From: Lingula anatina
Taxonomy: Eukaryota > Animalia > Brachiopoda
Assembly (NCBI GenBank): GCA_051362555.1
Contig: CM120645.1
Coordinates: 12,400,001 to 12,464,000 of the forward strand
Reading direction: 5' to 3'
Length of the DNA: 64,000 nt
The stretch's first letter is position 1, and each line of letters opens with the position of its first letter. Positions 25,325 to 37,814 of this stretch are shown in pieces. The notes under the pieces were generated by a model. That model searched no databases and was not told the DNA's origin. It saw nothing but the letters and a program-made list of their open reading frames with translations. The position numbers and the translations under genes were made by a program.

Positions 25325-27344
25325 TAATTTCATTAAAATGGACATTCAATTTGAAATGCTTTTCAAAAGAAGAAAAAACACTTAAAAGTTTAAAATTACA
25401 ATGAAAAACCCTGGGAGAGATAACTATAAATGTGTTTTATTTCTCCTAATATGTGTTTGGACCACTGCAGACTCCCGTTCTCAACCATCTCTTACAATAT
25501 AATGAAATTGCACCATCTCAATACATCTAAATTAAAAGAAAATTCAATTCAATGCCACATTCTTATAAGAAGTGACAAAGAATGTTATTTGAACATCATT
25601 AAATAGCATCTTAGTCACATGTTAGTTATTTGATGTATCTCACTGTCGAGTTACTCTGTGTGAGACCATCTTCAAGTTAAGTTATGGGGATCTCGTGGTA
25701 TTTTGTTGAAAAGTGAGATACTTTTTATCTATGAGTCTACATGAGTTTACTCCAATGGAAGAAACCACAGATTTGTCTTTAAGCTGTTACCATTAAACTC
25801 ATGAGTGAACAAGTCCTTTTTTACAGTCAATTATACAATAATACCATACTTAAGCATACAATTCAGTACTTTGGTTTCAGATATATGCTTTAGTTTATTG
25901 ATGTGCTAACAGTTTACCTACCTTCTTAACAAATAAGAAATATTGATATTTTTAATATGTGGCAAAGATAGTTGCAATCTTTTGAAAATAAATTTGCAAA
26001 GTAAGCAGTGTAGTGCTTTGTCCTCAATTAAGAGAGGAAAGGGGGGAATTTTGACAAAATGTTCTCTTTGTTACATCTCTAAAATGAAAGCAAGATGAAG
26101 GACATTGATGCTAATTGTAGGAAATATATAAGAAAGAAAAAACATCAAAAGAAACCAACAAAACAGCAGGGGAAAAACAGAAGCCGCATCAAGTTAACTA
26201 GATAATTACCATTAGTTAGTTGTCCTCCTTTCTAACTTCCTATAAAAAACACAACACAGGGTTGTGATTATCATCCACAGACAAGAATCATAAAAAAATC
26301 AATAAAACATGAAAAGAACAGCGTGCCACAGTAGCAAACTTGAATCACAACATGTCCATAAAACAACAGGATGGGAGTTTTCTATAAAACTGTCAGAAAT
26401 TATAACACAAACAACAAAGCTAAAATGACGTAAGACCACTCGTTCCACTTCAACCAATTACTGGAGATAATGGCATTTAAATGTTTCCATAATTGATAAA
26501 TGATAACCTGCTGCTTCATACAGTGTCCTTTTTGTTATAAAAATTGTCATAATCAAAACCTACTTTTTTCCCTATTGTATCACAACATCTGATGTTGGTT
26601 TACTTTGTGGACTATAAATAGTTGGTTTAAACATCTCAGATAAAAGAACAATCTGATTTCTCCAAAATTGATTTTTTATTAACTTTTTAGGGGGAGGAAA
26701 GGGGGAGGCAGACCATAGGCTACAAGGCATAGCCTTAGACAGAGGCCAGATCAAATGGAAACCACCTAAAACCCCATTTCCAACGCACTCATATCACCAT
26801 CTTTTCTGTATTCTACTTAATGCCAGGAGGTGGGGTGTCATTCAGTTTAACTGATTGCAGTATGCAAGAATCCCTGCAAAGTCAAGTCGATCCACAATGA
26901 CTGATGGTGCCTGTGGGAATGAGGCATAAGACAGCCCAAAGTCTTTAGCTCTGCTTTCCAAGGCAACATTCTAGGTACACAGAGCTTCACACACTAAAAA
27001 GTCAATCCTGACTAATGTAGATTTTCGCATGTTTTCTAATCTCATATAACATCTCCCAGTGCCAGCAGCATGGTTTACGATTACCTTGGATAATTCCCAT
27101 TGTATTCAAATGACACAAAAAAATGCTACTTACATCAGCTCATGTAGATCCTATCTATAAAATGTCCATAAAATATAACAAGTTGCTTACATAATGTTTA
27201 ATTTTTAACTAAGGCCCAAATGAACATAAATTTACCCACTTACCTCTAGGCACTTAAGATCCACCTCTTGGACCTTTTTTATCATGTTTTTTTCCAATTT
27301 TAATAAATATTCCAAAACTGGACAACTCTCACCTTCTAACAGTT

Positions 27345-27730
27345 AGGTACCCAGGTTTCTAGCCAGTGAAACACTCCTTCCGAGCCAGCTACTACAAATA
27401 CACTAAAGCCTGCCCTTTCTTCCACAAATCTTGAGATGTCCTTGCTGCCTGGCTACAGCTCAGCAAGTGAAGAGATCTGATACAGAGGATAAACACAGAT
27501 AAGGAATCTGCTTAATCACGGGAGAGTATTTAGGCACTGATAGGGACTGCACAGAAAAATAAAGGATATTAGAGAGAGGATATTAAATAAGAGATAATGT
27601 TAAAGACTTCAATACAGATACAATGCAGGGGTTCCATTGCCTGGACTTAAACCTGGGGCTGTTCACATTGAGGACTCAAAACCAGTCCAGAATCAATACA
27701 TCGAGTTGAGCTCAGAAAGCAGGTTGATTG
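27345..27730 (-). pseudogene. Decayed L2-type LINE RT fragment
   Basis: On the - strand, LDWF(fs)ES (cf. ALxWFxSYL) is followed by ARNLG (cf. SARNLGVIFD), in the correct order. Confidence 0.4.
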
Positions 27731-28086
27731 CTTTACTGTGTGTTATGACCCCCCCCCCCCCCCCCAGTTTACTGGGATAACACTTGTATTATAATTCTTT
27801 TTATTTTTTTATTTCAATTTAAAACAAAACACAGATGATATTGGACCAAATTAATGCCATGAAGGTCAAAGAAAGGATTTTGATTATTTTTTCTTAAACC
27901 AAACAATCATATTTAGTTCTTGGCAACAAATCATCACTATGCTACAGGCCAACTGACTCTAGAGAAAGTGCAACCTCGAATGTCTCACCAATGTATGGGA
28001 TAAATCCTAGACCAGCTTAGAAAACATTGAAACACTGGTCAAGTAGACAGACCCTGTTGGTCAAGTTATGAGAGGCCACAATGTAT

Positions 28087-28301
28087 GGCTCTGTTTTCAC
28101 AACTTTTAGATCGATCTATCACTGCGGGGAGTCTCACTAGATTACTGTCAGATAATCCCCCTTAAGTGTCCGTCCCCGCCTACTACAAGCTTTAAGGGGT
28201 AATTAACTTTCGTGTCCGCCCGGCTGACAGCTATTTAGCGTGAACCCCCAGGGAGTTAGGTCGATCCAATGTAGGTCGATCTAATCTATGAGAATGGGGT
28301 G
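28087..28301 (+). mobile_element. 215-bp MITE, family A (PIF/Harbinger-like), TAT TSD
   Basis: Flanked by TAT (28084-86, 28302-04). Imperfect termini GGCTCTGTT and CACCCCATT, with sub-terminal TAGATCGATCTA-like motifs. Near-identical inverted copy at 35229-35443. Confidence 0.85.
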
Positions 28302-28734
28302 TATAACAGGGAAGAAGCAGATAACATTTCTGCAGTATTTACTGATGATCCTGTTAACGGAATATCAATACAATAACACAGACACCTACCAAAAACTAAC
28401 AGATAAAAATTCCGCACACACAGATAGATTACCCCTTATTATCAAATAATCTAAACAATAACAGAGACAGGACTGCAATCTGAGAGAAATTTCAACACAA
28501 TTTGTGGCTGATCCAATTATCAATGCATAAACAGAATAACAAGGTATAACTGATTTCAGCCAAAGTTCCTTTATCAATCATACGTGAAGTAGTCTTGGCT
28601 CAGCACAAGAGAGGGTTTTTTTCTTGAGAGTAAACAAAATGGGTTAATACCAAACTAATTAAACTGATCATATGGAGAAATTTGAAGAAAACAAGGAGAG
28701 ATGATGAGGAGATGATTCAGTAAACAATGGTGAT

Positions 28735-28835
28735 ACCATGTGACACAACAGAATGGTCATGTGAAACCCGTATCATGTCATGTGAAGCACTCACTGTAGC
28801 GTCATGTGAAACCCATATCATGTCATGTGACACCC
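28735..28835. repeat. Minisatellite containing clustered CATGTG E-boxes
   Basis: GTCATGTGA at 28756, 28777, 28801 and 28822, plus CCATGTGA at 28736. Confidence 0.8.
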
Positions 28836-30690
28836 AGAGTTTCCCAAACCACAGGCCATTTCCTTGTTTGGCAATCTGGCAGCAGGGAACAGATTGATTC
28901 TTCCTAATTGACTTGATCTATTTCCAATCTGCTCTCACTGCTGACCAATTCTGGGGTCTTCTCAAAACAACAACAAGAAAACAAATCATCCAAACAAGTT
29001 AATTTAATTCACATTTTGGTAAAAATTTAATGGAGAAATTTTTGCCCAGTTTAAAGATTGCATTTTTGTCATCAGGCACAGCAATTTAAGAGTGTTGACC
29101 ACTGGTGGACTTACAAAAAATAATGTGGTAAAAATAAACATGCACCGATTTTATCATAAAAGACCAAGTACATCAAAATCAAAGGGCAAGCTCCCCACTG
29201 ATAAACAATCAAAATGCTTTAAGATACACAGCATATGACAGCTTGTAGATCAAACAGGAAAGCAATCCCAGGTAGCAGAGGTCAAGACCCCAAGACTGAC
29301 CATAACTGCCCACAAACATCATCCTGTGATGATTTCCTCCCCTTACCACAGGGGGCTTCACATCTGAAGCCTTTGAACATTTTCTTATGTAAACCAATTT
29401 CCTATTCCTACATTGAAGATTTTATGATTTCCTCATTCTGCATGTGTGTTTCAGTTTTTCTTTTTATTGAGAGAAAGACAGAGAGAAAGATCAGTTGATA
29501 TTTATCAGTTCAATTCTACTTTGGATAAAACAATTAACCATGAAAGTTCAGCAATTGCCATTTAAACTGATACAATTCAAAACTTTTTTTTTCTTGTGGA
29601 ATATTAATCAATACCCCCCTACAAAAAAAAGAAAGAAAGAAAAAAGAAAAAGAAAAAACATCCACAATTATGAATTGGCCCCTCAACGTGTTGCATTTAG
29701 AATTTTGAAACCAGCTGACAATTATTTTTTCCTTGAGATATTTTCATCAGGTGGCTCCAATTAAATTTAATAGCCTGGGGATGAAAGGTTGCCATGACCT
29801 TGTCAACCACATTGAAATAGGCGATGATTTCTCTGGAAATAATTGATGATTTTCTGGAAATAATTGCTGCATCTAACGAAGTATTAAATGTCAGATTTTC
29901 AGCAACAAAAATACATGCAAGTCCACATGACATTCTTCAGAGTACCCATGGTGTTACAAAAAATTCAAAGATGCTAAATATTTTGAAAATTTAGTCTAAA
30001 TCTAAAAAAATTCCTGTTATTCATTTTTTTTTCTCAGACCATGAACCACACTCCTGTCAGCTGATCTGACATATTAATTCTGCAAAACGCAAGGTCTTAA
30101 AAGAATTCTGAAAACTCCCTTTAAATTACTCTAATAATATTAAGTAATTTCTTCAGTAGCTCAAGGACCACTCATGACTAATTCAGGTATATTTTGACTC
30201 AAATAAATAGTCATAACTGTTTGAGTAATTTGATTTTGTTTCCAATCAATGACCACATCTTTTAATAGTTTCTCAATTATTTGTATTATAATGTAGGGTT
30301 AGCTCATCACTTAATGCAAAACATACCACAAGTCAAATCATGTACATTATGTAACGATTCTACTTGTATTACTGCACAAATATCAGCCCAGGTATTCTGA
30401 ATATTTCAACTTCCCAAACAAAATTCCCCTAAAATTCCATCCTTTTTTTTCACATCTTACCCAGACTTTAGCTGTCCACATTAATCTTGCACTTAACAGC
30501 TATCTCATTAATTCCAACCAAGACCGCATTCAGATTCACACATGGTACAAGCTGGGTCGGTCCAACTCTGCTAGGAATTCTCACTAAAGTGGAATCAGTG
30601 AAATTAGCTTAATCAGGACACGACAGTTAATTATCCCTTAGCTGCTCAAGGAGGCATGAACAACAATAACGGGTACCGGAGAAGATCAGC

Positions 30691-30826
30691 ATTGGTCAGA
30701 ATTGTGCCGGAAGTGACGTGCAGTGGTGTTAGAAGCGAAGCTGAGTGGTCATTTTAACATAGAGGTGAACGGCAGTGAAGACGGGTTGTCGGAGGAAAAA
30801 GAAGTTTTCTAAACAACATGGTAAGA
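30691..30826 (+). promoter_or_regulatory. Promoter/first-exon-like module in the left arm: ATTGG, CCGGAAGTGACGT (ETS-CRE), ATG|GTAAGA
   Basis: ATTGG 30691-95, CCGGAAGTGACGT 30707-19, ATG 30818-20 directly followed by the donor GTAAGA. Confidence 0.45.
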
Positions 30827-32147
30827 TAACTCTCCTTTTTTACGCATTTTGGGCAGAGAATACTTGTAGAAATAATAGACGCATGATATGAAAACGTGAC
30901 ACGGAACTTGAAGGTGCAAAATCGTGCTTAATTTGCGGTCAACTTGTTTAGAAATAAATGCTGCGTCGACCGCCAGCGCGACAAAAAGCGTAAAGGGGAA
31001 ATAATTCCCGGGAGTCTATAAATCGTTGTCATGTGGAAATTTGGCATTTATATAATCCGATATGTCCATATCTAAGTATTTTTGGGTGTTTTATGGTATG
31101 GGCTGCAATTACAACGATGTTTTAGAGGTCTTGAAGGACCTTGTGAAAACCAGGAAGTAGTTCGTAACTAACAAGTGGAATGAACCGATCTCCGACTGCT
31201 GTGCACAGCTGTATCTTTTTTTTCAATATATTGACGAATTTTTAGATCTTTATATGTCCATCTTGCATGAAATTCCACACACATGATCACACTGATACAC
31301 CTTTTACACTGGGGAAGGCGCTAATCAGTGACAAATGCCAAGACAAAGGTGACATTCTGACAGCCTCTTATCTGAGTTAAAAATCACTGACAAAAGAGAC
31401 TGGCAATCACTTTCCTCAGGCTGGCAATCATTAGCCTATAGAAATTGGTCATGTTACATCTTATCTACCTGTGAGAATCGTTTTACCAACTGAGTATTGC
31501 ATAATAATGTCAATTATTAGTACTTTGAGCTAGTCTTAATTACCTGTCAGCTCACCTGAATTCTCTTTCCGTCTTTTTGGGAAGATCTTGTCAGTGAAAT
31601 GTTTTATTTGTCCTGTGAATGCATTGCACTTTATTGTATATTTGTACCGATGAGCGCCTTCCCCAGTGTAAAAGGTGTATCAGTGTGATCATGTGTGTGG
31701 AATTTCATGCCAGATGGACATATAAAGATCTAAAAATTCGTCAATATATTGAAAAAAAGATACAGCTGTGCACAGCAGTCGGAGATCGGTACATTCCACT
31801 TGTTAGTTACGAACTACTTCCTGGTTTTCACAAGGTCCTTCAAGACCTCTAAAACATCGTTGTAATTGCAGCCCATACCATAAAACACCCAAAAATACTT
31901 AGATATGGACATATCGGATTATATTAATGCCAAATTTCCACATGACAACGATTTATAGACTCCCGGGAATTATTTCCCCTTTACGCTTTTTGTCGCGCTG
32001 GCGGTCGACGCAGCATTTATTTCTAAACAAGTTGACCGCAAATTAAGCACGATTTTGCACCTTCAAGTTACGTGTCACGTTTTCATATCATGCGTCTATT
32101 ATTTCTACAAGCATTCTCTGCCCAAAATGCGTAAAAAAGGAGAGTTA

Positions 32148-32283
32148 TCTTACCATGTTGTTTAGAAAACTTCTTTTTCCTCCGACAACCCGTCTTCACT
32201 GCCGTTCACCTCTATGTTAAAATGACCACTCAGCTTCGCTTCTAACACCACTGCACGTCACTTCCGGTACAATTCTGACCAAT
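32148..32283 (-). promoter_or_regulatory. Mirror copy of the promoter/first-exon-like module in the right arm
   Basis: ACGTCACTTCCGG at 32255-67, CAT at 32154-56 and TCTTAC at 32148-53 (ATG|GTAAGA on the - strand). Confidence 0.45.
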
Positions 32284-33320
32284 GCTGATCTTCTCCGGTA
32301 CCTGTTATTAAGCTTATTCTTCTGATTACACTGTAGCAATAATCCCTTGCAGAGTTGGACCGAACCAGCTGGTACGATGTCTGAATCTGAATGCTCCCTA
32401 AATGATCATTTATTTTGCTGATATCAGAAATCAAGGCGTGTAGATTAGGCAATGGTTCCACTTATATCACTGTACAAATATCCTCTCTGGTATGTCTGTC
32501 TGGAGAAAACCCATCATGCTCTGCTGACAGTACGTCCCTTGGTGTCAGTCAGTGCTTTCTTAGAGGCACATTTGGCATATTCTGCAAGTTGTGATTTTTT
32601 TTCTTTTCAAAATTGACTGCTTGTTTCCTTATGTTGGCCAGAAAAAGGTCTGCTGTAAATCAAATTTTGATCGAGGTTCTGTGCCATTTCTCAAGTTTGG
32701 TTGATTATAGGGTAACAAGGTAGACTTTTTTTTAGAAAAAGAGCCCCTTTTTGAAATTTTTGTCTGCAGCCCTGAGGAAAATGCTATTTCAAAATGTTTT
32801 TTTTTTTTTTTAAGAAAAAAAGAAATGCCCTGCTAATAAATATTCTGCCCCCCCCCCCCCAAAAAAAAAAAGATAAATAAAAAAAACAACTACTAACAAT
32901 TTCTTTTGATGACTTGATGACCTTAAATAAGAACATGGGAAAATGGGTAATGTTAACAAATTTTGTAAATATACCATATACTTGAAAGAACCTTCTCATA
33001 CATTCCTCTTCCGTAAAAAAAGACTAAATGCAAAGAAAGTGGCTCCCTATTTCTAAGAAAAGGCCGGTTTATTGGCTAAAGCATTATTAACAGGCAACAA
33101 AATCTCTGGTCATGCTCAAAGAAGAAGACTCCTGGGAATGGGATGGCAAGATCAGAAATTCCAAGATAACATTCCAGGTACTGTTCAGGTTCATTACACG
33201 GGAAATTCCTGGGAACAAAAGGTCAAAGGAAGGCTAAAACCCTTGGGTTCATGAGACCATATCTTTTATCGGACCACTAGAATGTCAAGGTTTATAATAA
33301 ATAACAGATTTAAGACACAG

Positions 33321-33360
33321 GGGACTTGGGGGGGGGGGGGGGGGCAGGTGGGGGGGGGGG
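33321..33360 (+). repeat. Poly-G tracts, potential G-quadruplex
   Basis: GGGG-actt-G(~17)-caggt-G(~12). Confidence 0.6.
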
Positions 33361-34658
33361 CATCCAACACCATTCACTGTCACTACCTTTCATTAAATTA
33401 AATAAAACCAAACGTATAATTATAAAGCCTCCAGTGCCTATTTTTTCAATATTTTCACTTGGAGACAAAAAAAAAAAAAAAAAACGTAACTTTGACATGC
33501 ATGTTCTGCATATAAAAAGTAAGCAGAAAATTAAAATCTTAACTAGATTTACATTTACATAGGAACATTTATCCTAAAATGAGTCTCCCACCCACCCCAC
33601 CTGTCCCTACCCATCACCTGTCTCGTATTCTCCAGAGTGCACCTGACTTCATGGAGTTAGGGGAGAGAAAGGTGGCTTACACTACAAATATATACCAAAC
33701 AGTGTAAAGTCCCCCTAGATATGTAAAAATAGCCTGCATTAAACCTGTAGATTTTATTTTCATTTTGATGAAAAGAATCTGCTTAAAATAGATCTTTTTT
33801 CTGCTTTGATCATAATGAACAATGACTCCATGTTTCCTTACCTCTCTCCTCTAGTATCTTCTCTCCTTAAGATGATAAATCTCCAACAAAGATATCTGAA
33901 ATACACAAGAGAAAATATTGTATAAATATCTCAACTTCAAGCACATCTTGTGGATAAAAATAATTCTGCATCATGCTGTAAAGGAAAGGTGAGCATTTAA
34001 TGTCTTCATCACTACACCATACCTCTCTCTCCACCTACAAAGTCACTGTACTCAGTTACTAGTAGTACCTAAAAACATGGACTGCAATCCAGACTTGGCC
34101 AATTCTGCAATTCTATTTTGGCTTCCTTAAGCACATCTGTTAATAAATCGGGTAATTCAGACAGCCTGTTGACATGATTTTCCTGGAATAAACATAATTG
34201 TTTTTGCCTCTTGCCATTCAGATGCCTAAAAAAGCAAGGAGCAGAAGATATGACATCACAGACAAGATGAGCCGATCCTAGAACTTAAATATACTTCATA
34301 AGAATTATTGTGCTGTTTTGGATAGTCTACACCACAACTTGCTCTTCAAGCTAAAGTGTCAAAAAACAAGATATTCCAAGTGATTTGGGGCTTTTTCCAT
34401 CTCCAACATAAACTTCCACTTTCTACGGAAATGCATACAAATCAGCAAAGCTATGTGGGATATGGCTCATTCTCAAGGAAAAATCGCCAGATAAATCCAT
34501 CTTCTCAAACTTGATAATGAAATTTGCCCAAAACCAATACAATTCCAGAAATTCCCATTTCCTGGAACATATCAACAATGATTAAACATCAACTGTCTTA
34601 AAGTAATTTAGCACTGCTTGTCAGGCACAGTTAAAAGAGAACAAATTGTAGGCTATAG

Positions 34659-35100
34659 GGGGACAGCGCGCTGTGCCGAAGGTTCGCTGTGCCGAGGGTT
34701 CGCTGTGCCGACAAAACCGCCCGAAAATTGGTCTAAAATCGGCTAAGTTTTTCCGGAGCCCCAAAATCAAAGGTTCGCTATGCCGAGGGTTCGCTGTGCC
34801 GAAGGGATCTGGTTCGCTGTGCCGAAAGGGTCGCTGCGCCGAGGGTTCGCTGCGCCGAAAAAGTCGGCTACCCATCACCCATTGTGCTTGTTATGTAACG
34901 TGACGAGCAGTGGCCTTTTTTTTAAATAAACGAGTTTTAAAAGTTCTCTTCTTCCATCCGTACCATTTGAATTTGTTAAAACTGCGGCATTACGAACCTT
35001 CGGCATAGCGAACCTTCGGCATAGCGAACCCTCGGCACAGCGAACCTTCGGCATAGCGAACCCTCGGCACAGCGAACCTTCGGCATAGCGAAGCGCACCC
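34659..35100. mobile_element. 442-bp non-autonomous DNA transposon with 8-bp TSD and inverted arrays of 16-bp repeats
   Basis: GGCTATAG at 34651-58 and 35101-08. Termini GGGG...CCC. The left part has CCGA(A/G)GGTTCGCT(G/A)TG units; the right part has ~7 tandem reverse-complement units. Confidence 0.88.
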
Positions 35101-35228
35101 GGCTATAGAAGCACCTAGTAACCTTCCAATTTCTTTGCAACAAATCAAATTTTAGCGCTAAAGATGCATCTCCATTGTAATTGTCACGTACGTTCATGGA
35201 AAATAGGGAACTGTTCACAACCAACTTA

Positions 35229-35443
35229 CACCCCATTCTCATAGATTAGATCGACCTACATTGGATCGACCTAACTCCCTGGGGGTTCACGCTAAATAGC
35301 TGTCAGCCGGGCGGACACGAAAGTTAATTACCCCTTAAAGCTTGTAGTAGGCGGGGACGGACACTTAAGGGGGATTATCTGACAGTAATCTAGTGAGACT
35401 CCCCGCAGTGATAGATCGATCTAAAAGTTGTGAGAACAGAGCC
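35229..35443 (-). mobile_element. 215-bp MITE, family A, TTA TSD
   Basis: TTA at 35226-28 and 35444-46. Reverse complement of 28087-28301 with one difference noticed. Confidence 0.88.
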
Positions 35444-36424
35444 TTAAACTGAATCCCAAGAAAGATGAGATTCAAAGGTACTCTCAAGTGAAATCATGGT
35501 AAAAATCCCTCTAAAAAAAAGCAATTCCAGCAGGAAACGTCGCCTCTTTCGTTCAGCGTTCCAAGGAAAGGACACAAAATGTCCCGTCTTATCTGTACTA
35601 AATGACTGTAATGCTTCAGTGTACTGTGGCAGACCCTAAACTGTGGTCTAACCAAATGTCAAGGCACAAGATAAATGATACATCATTTAAAGCTTCCGTT
35701 GTTTATTGTTTTTTATTCTCTTTCCGTTTGTCTTTATTCCCCCTTTTTACCCTGGCATTGTGGTTTTCTGTTGTTAATTGCTTTTTTTTTTTCCTTTTCA
35801 TTTTGAAGAATTGTTCTTCCTTGTCTTAATGATTTACCATTCTATTCTTATTTTCACTTCACTACCTCTTAAGTATGTTTCCCCATTGTGGTTTTCCAAG
35901 TGCTTTATCCCAGACAGAATGCCAAGATGATTTATTAGGTAGAATTTCAGAAGTCAACAAATCAGGAAGGAGGGAAGGAAAGAGGAAACAGATAAATGCC
36001 AAAATTCATGTTTATGTCATTCGAGCTGTTGTTTCTGGGCACTGGCGGGATGCAAGGGATGCAACAGTTCTATTTACAGCACGTGTTACAGAGGCGTCAC
36101 TTTTGCCTGCATGATTCATTGGCAGTGCACATTCTATCTGTGTGGTTTCTAGTATTTTATCAGTAGTTCATGGTGTTATGCCAACTGACTGCAATACCCA
36201 CCACACGCCTGATCAGCTGGCTGTATTGACTTAATGTGCTGGGTTGTCTGCCAGGACAGTTTACACACAGATAACTAAATCCACTGCTATCTGCATTTAT
36301 CAGAACGCTTCACCCACAGTTCTATCAGAATCTCTCTCAATTAATACATATTTACTTCTAATTGAAAGTTACCAGCTAATACTAATTACCCAGGCATGGA
36401 AGAAATTGTATTAATTGATATTCC

Positions 36425-36545
36425 TGTATGCATACATGCACTCGCACACACACACATGTAGGTACACCATACACATGCACACACACAAAACACATGCATA
36501 CACACAGACATGCACACGCATGCACGTCCACACACACACAAACCA
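36425..36545. repeat. Degenerate (CA)-rich microsatellite
   Basis: Direct. Confidence 0.85.
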
Positions 36546-37629
36546 GAAAGATAATATTCCAAAACAGGCACACAAACAGCTGGGATATCCTCTCTGCCCA
36601 CCTGATGGTTCATCTTTTTTCCCACAAACAAACATAACTCCCCAGTTTGTTGACATCATAAACATATTGTCCAAATAAATCATATAGGTGGCCATCTCTC
36701 CAGTGCATGGCAGTTATATAGGGAAGAACTTGAGGAATCTTAAACATTTTCCATTTTTTTACTACTGCTACCAGCATGACTGTGTTTTTGCTGGATGCTG
36801 ACTGACTACCTTGAAAAAGCCCTTAATTGCCTTTATCTTAATGGATTATGTAACGGTTAATGAGTTAATGTGCATAATATCTAATGTAAACAAAATCTAA
36901 CACTAATATATGTTTAAATAACAAATAATATATTTACTGGTCTAAAATGAACAAAATACTATTTAAACATCTTGGAAGGAAAATGTAATTAGATTTGTTT
37001 GAGAAGTAAATAAGCACTCAAACCTACAAATACTAGTTGCAGCATGTGTATATCTTGTCACAAGATTCTCATATTAATATTTATTCACAGTGTGGCAGAT
37101 GTAACTCTCCTAATCAATCTCATAATCTTAAAACAATATTAATGGCTAAAATTTATATATTTTCTTCATAGACGGCATAGCAAAAAACAGTTGTCTTATG
37201 AGCCATCTCTACCCATATCCGATCACAATTTGTTGTCAAGGGTGAGCCAGATTTGAGTTATGCTTATAACAAGCAATTCAAGTTTAAAGACCCAATAATC
37301 TGTTTATTTATATACCTAGTCCAAATTATGCCACATAGATATCAAATGCTATACTTCAATGTATACTTTTAATTCAGTCCCATATACCAAGAGCAAACCT
37401 GTGAGAGCGATCCAGTAATCTGTGTGTAAACTGTCCTATTCTGAGAAATGCTCTGGCTCCCCTGTATATTTATCAGTTATGAAATGTGGATCATCTGTGG
37501 TGATTGACATGGGTGACCTGGCAGGAAATGGCCTGGTTACACTTGTGATGGGATAATGATGGGATCAACAGAGATCAAATATCATGTCTTCAGCACTGAA
37601 CTTTAGGAAACTTATCCCCTCTTTTTTGT

Positions 37630-37814
37630 GAGCACATTCAGAACAGCGGACTAACAGACTTGTGGATCAAATATGGCAACCCACTAAAAAGCTTGACGAT
37701 TAATTCTTGATAAGACAATGAATAGATTTCCCACAGGAATTATGCAACAAGAATTTAAGTGGGTTGACCATATTTGATCCGCAGATCTGTTAGTCTGCTG
37801 TTCTGAATGTGCTC
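37630..37814. mobile_element. 185-bp Harbinger-like MITE with ~58-bp TIRs
   Basis: GAGCACATTCAGAACAGCGGACTAACAGA...CCCACT and AGTGGG...TCTGAATGTGCTC. Flanks are TGT and TAT, read as a mutated 3-bp TSD. A relative lies at 63899. Confidence 0.82.

Larger units (their letters stand above)
30665..32309. mobile_element. Foldback / long-TIR non-autonomous DNA element (~658-bp arms, ~330-bp spacer); superfamily unassigned
   Basis: 30665-31322 is the reverse complement of 31653-32309, with about 7 substitutions and a 1-nt poly-T indel. It can be read as 30669-32305 flanked by TA (empty site AA-TA-TT). No ORF. Confidence 0.92.
30523..32398. mobile_element. Older Harbinger-like MITE (~50-bp TIRs) split by the foldback insertion
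   Basis: 30526-30571 GCATTCAGATTCACACATGGTACAAGCTGGGTCGGTCCAACTCTGC is the imperfect reverse complement of 32349-32394. The ..GCATTC terminal motif is shared with other 3-bp-TSD MITEs in the window. Confidence 0.75.

Noticed and set aside
34621-35242. Repeat array superficially like CRISPR, and repetitive ORFs
   Set aside because: The 16-bp units are mostly contiguous without unique spacers, no cas genes are present and the context is eukaryotic. An 8-bp-TSD transposon explains it.
28087-35443. Composite transposon bounded by two inverted family A MITEs
   Set aside because: Each copy has its own matching TSD (TAT and TTA), so they are independent insertions.
36382-36695. HTHT/CVCV, SLSL, YIYI, RERE ORFs here and at 4915, 38901, 52234, 58959, 60684 and 61452
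   Set aside because: Translations of dinucleotide microsatellites.
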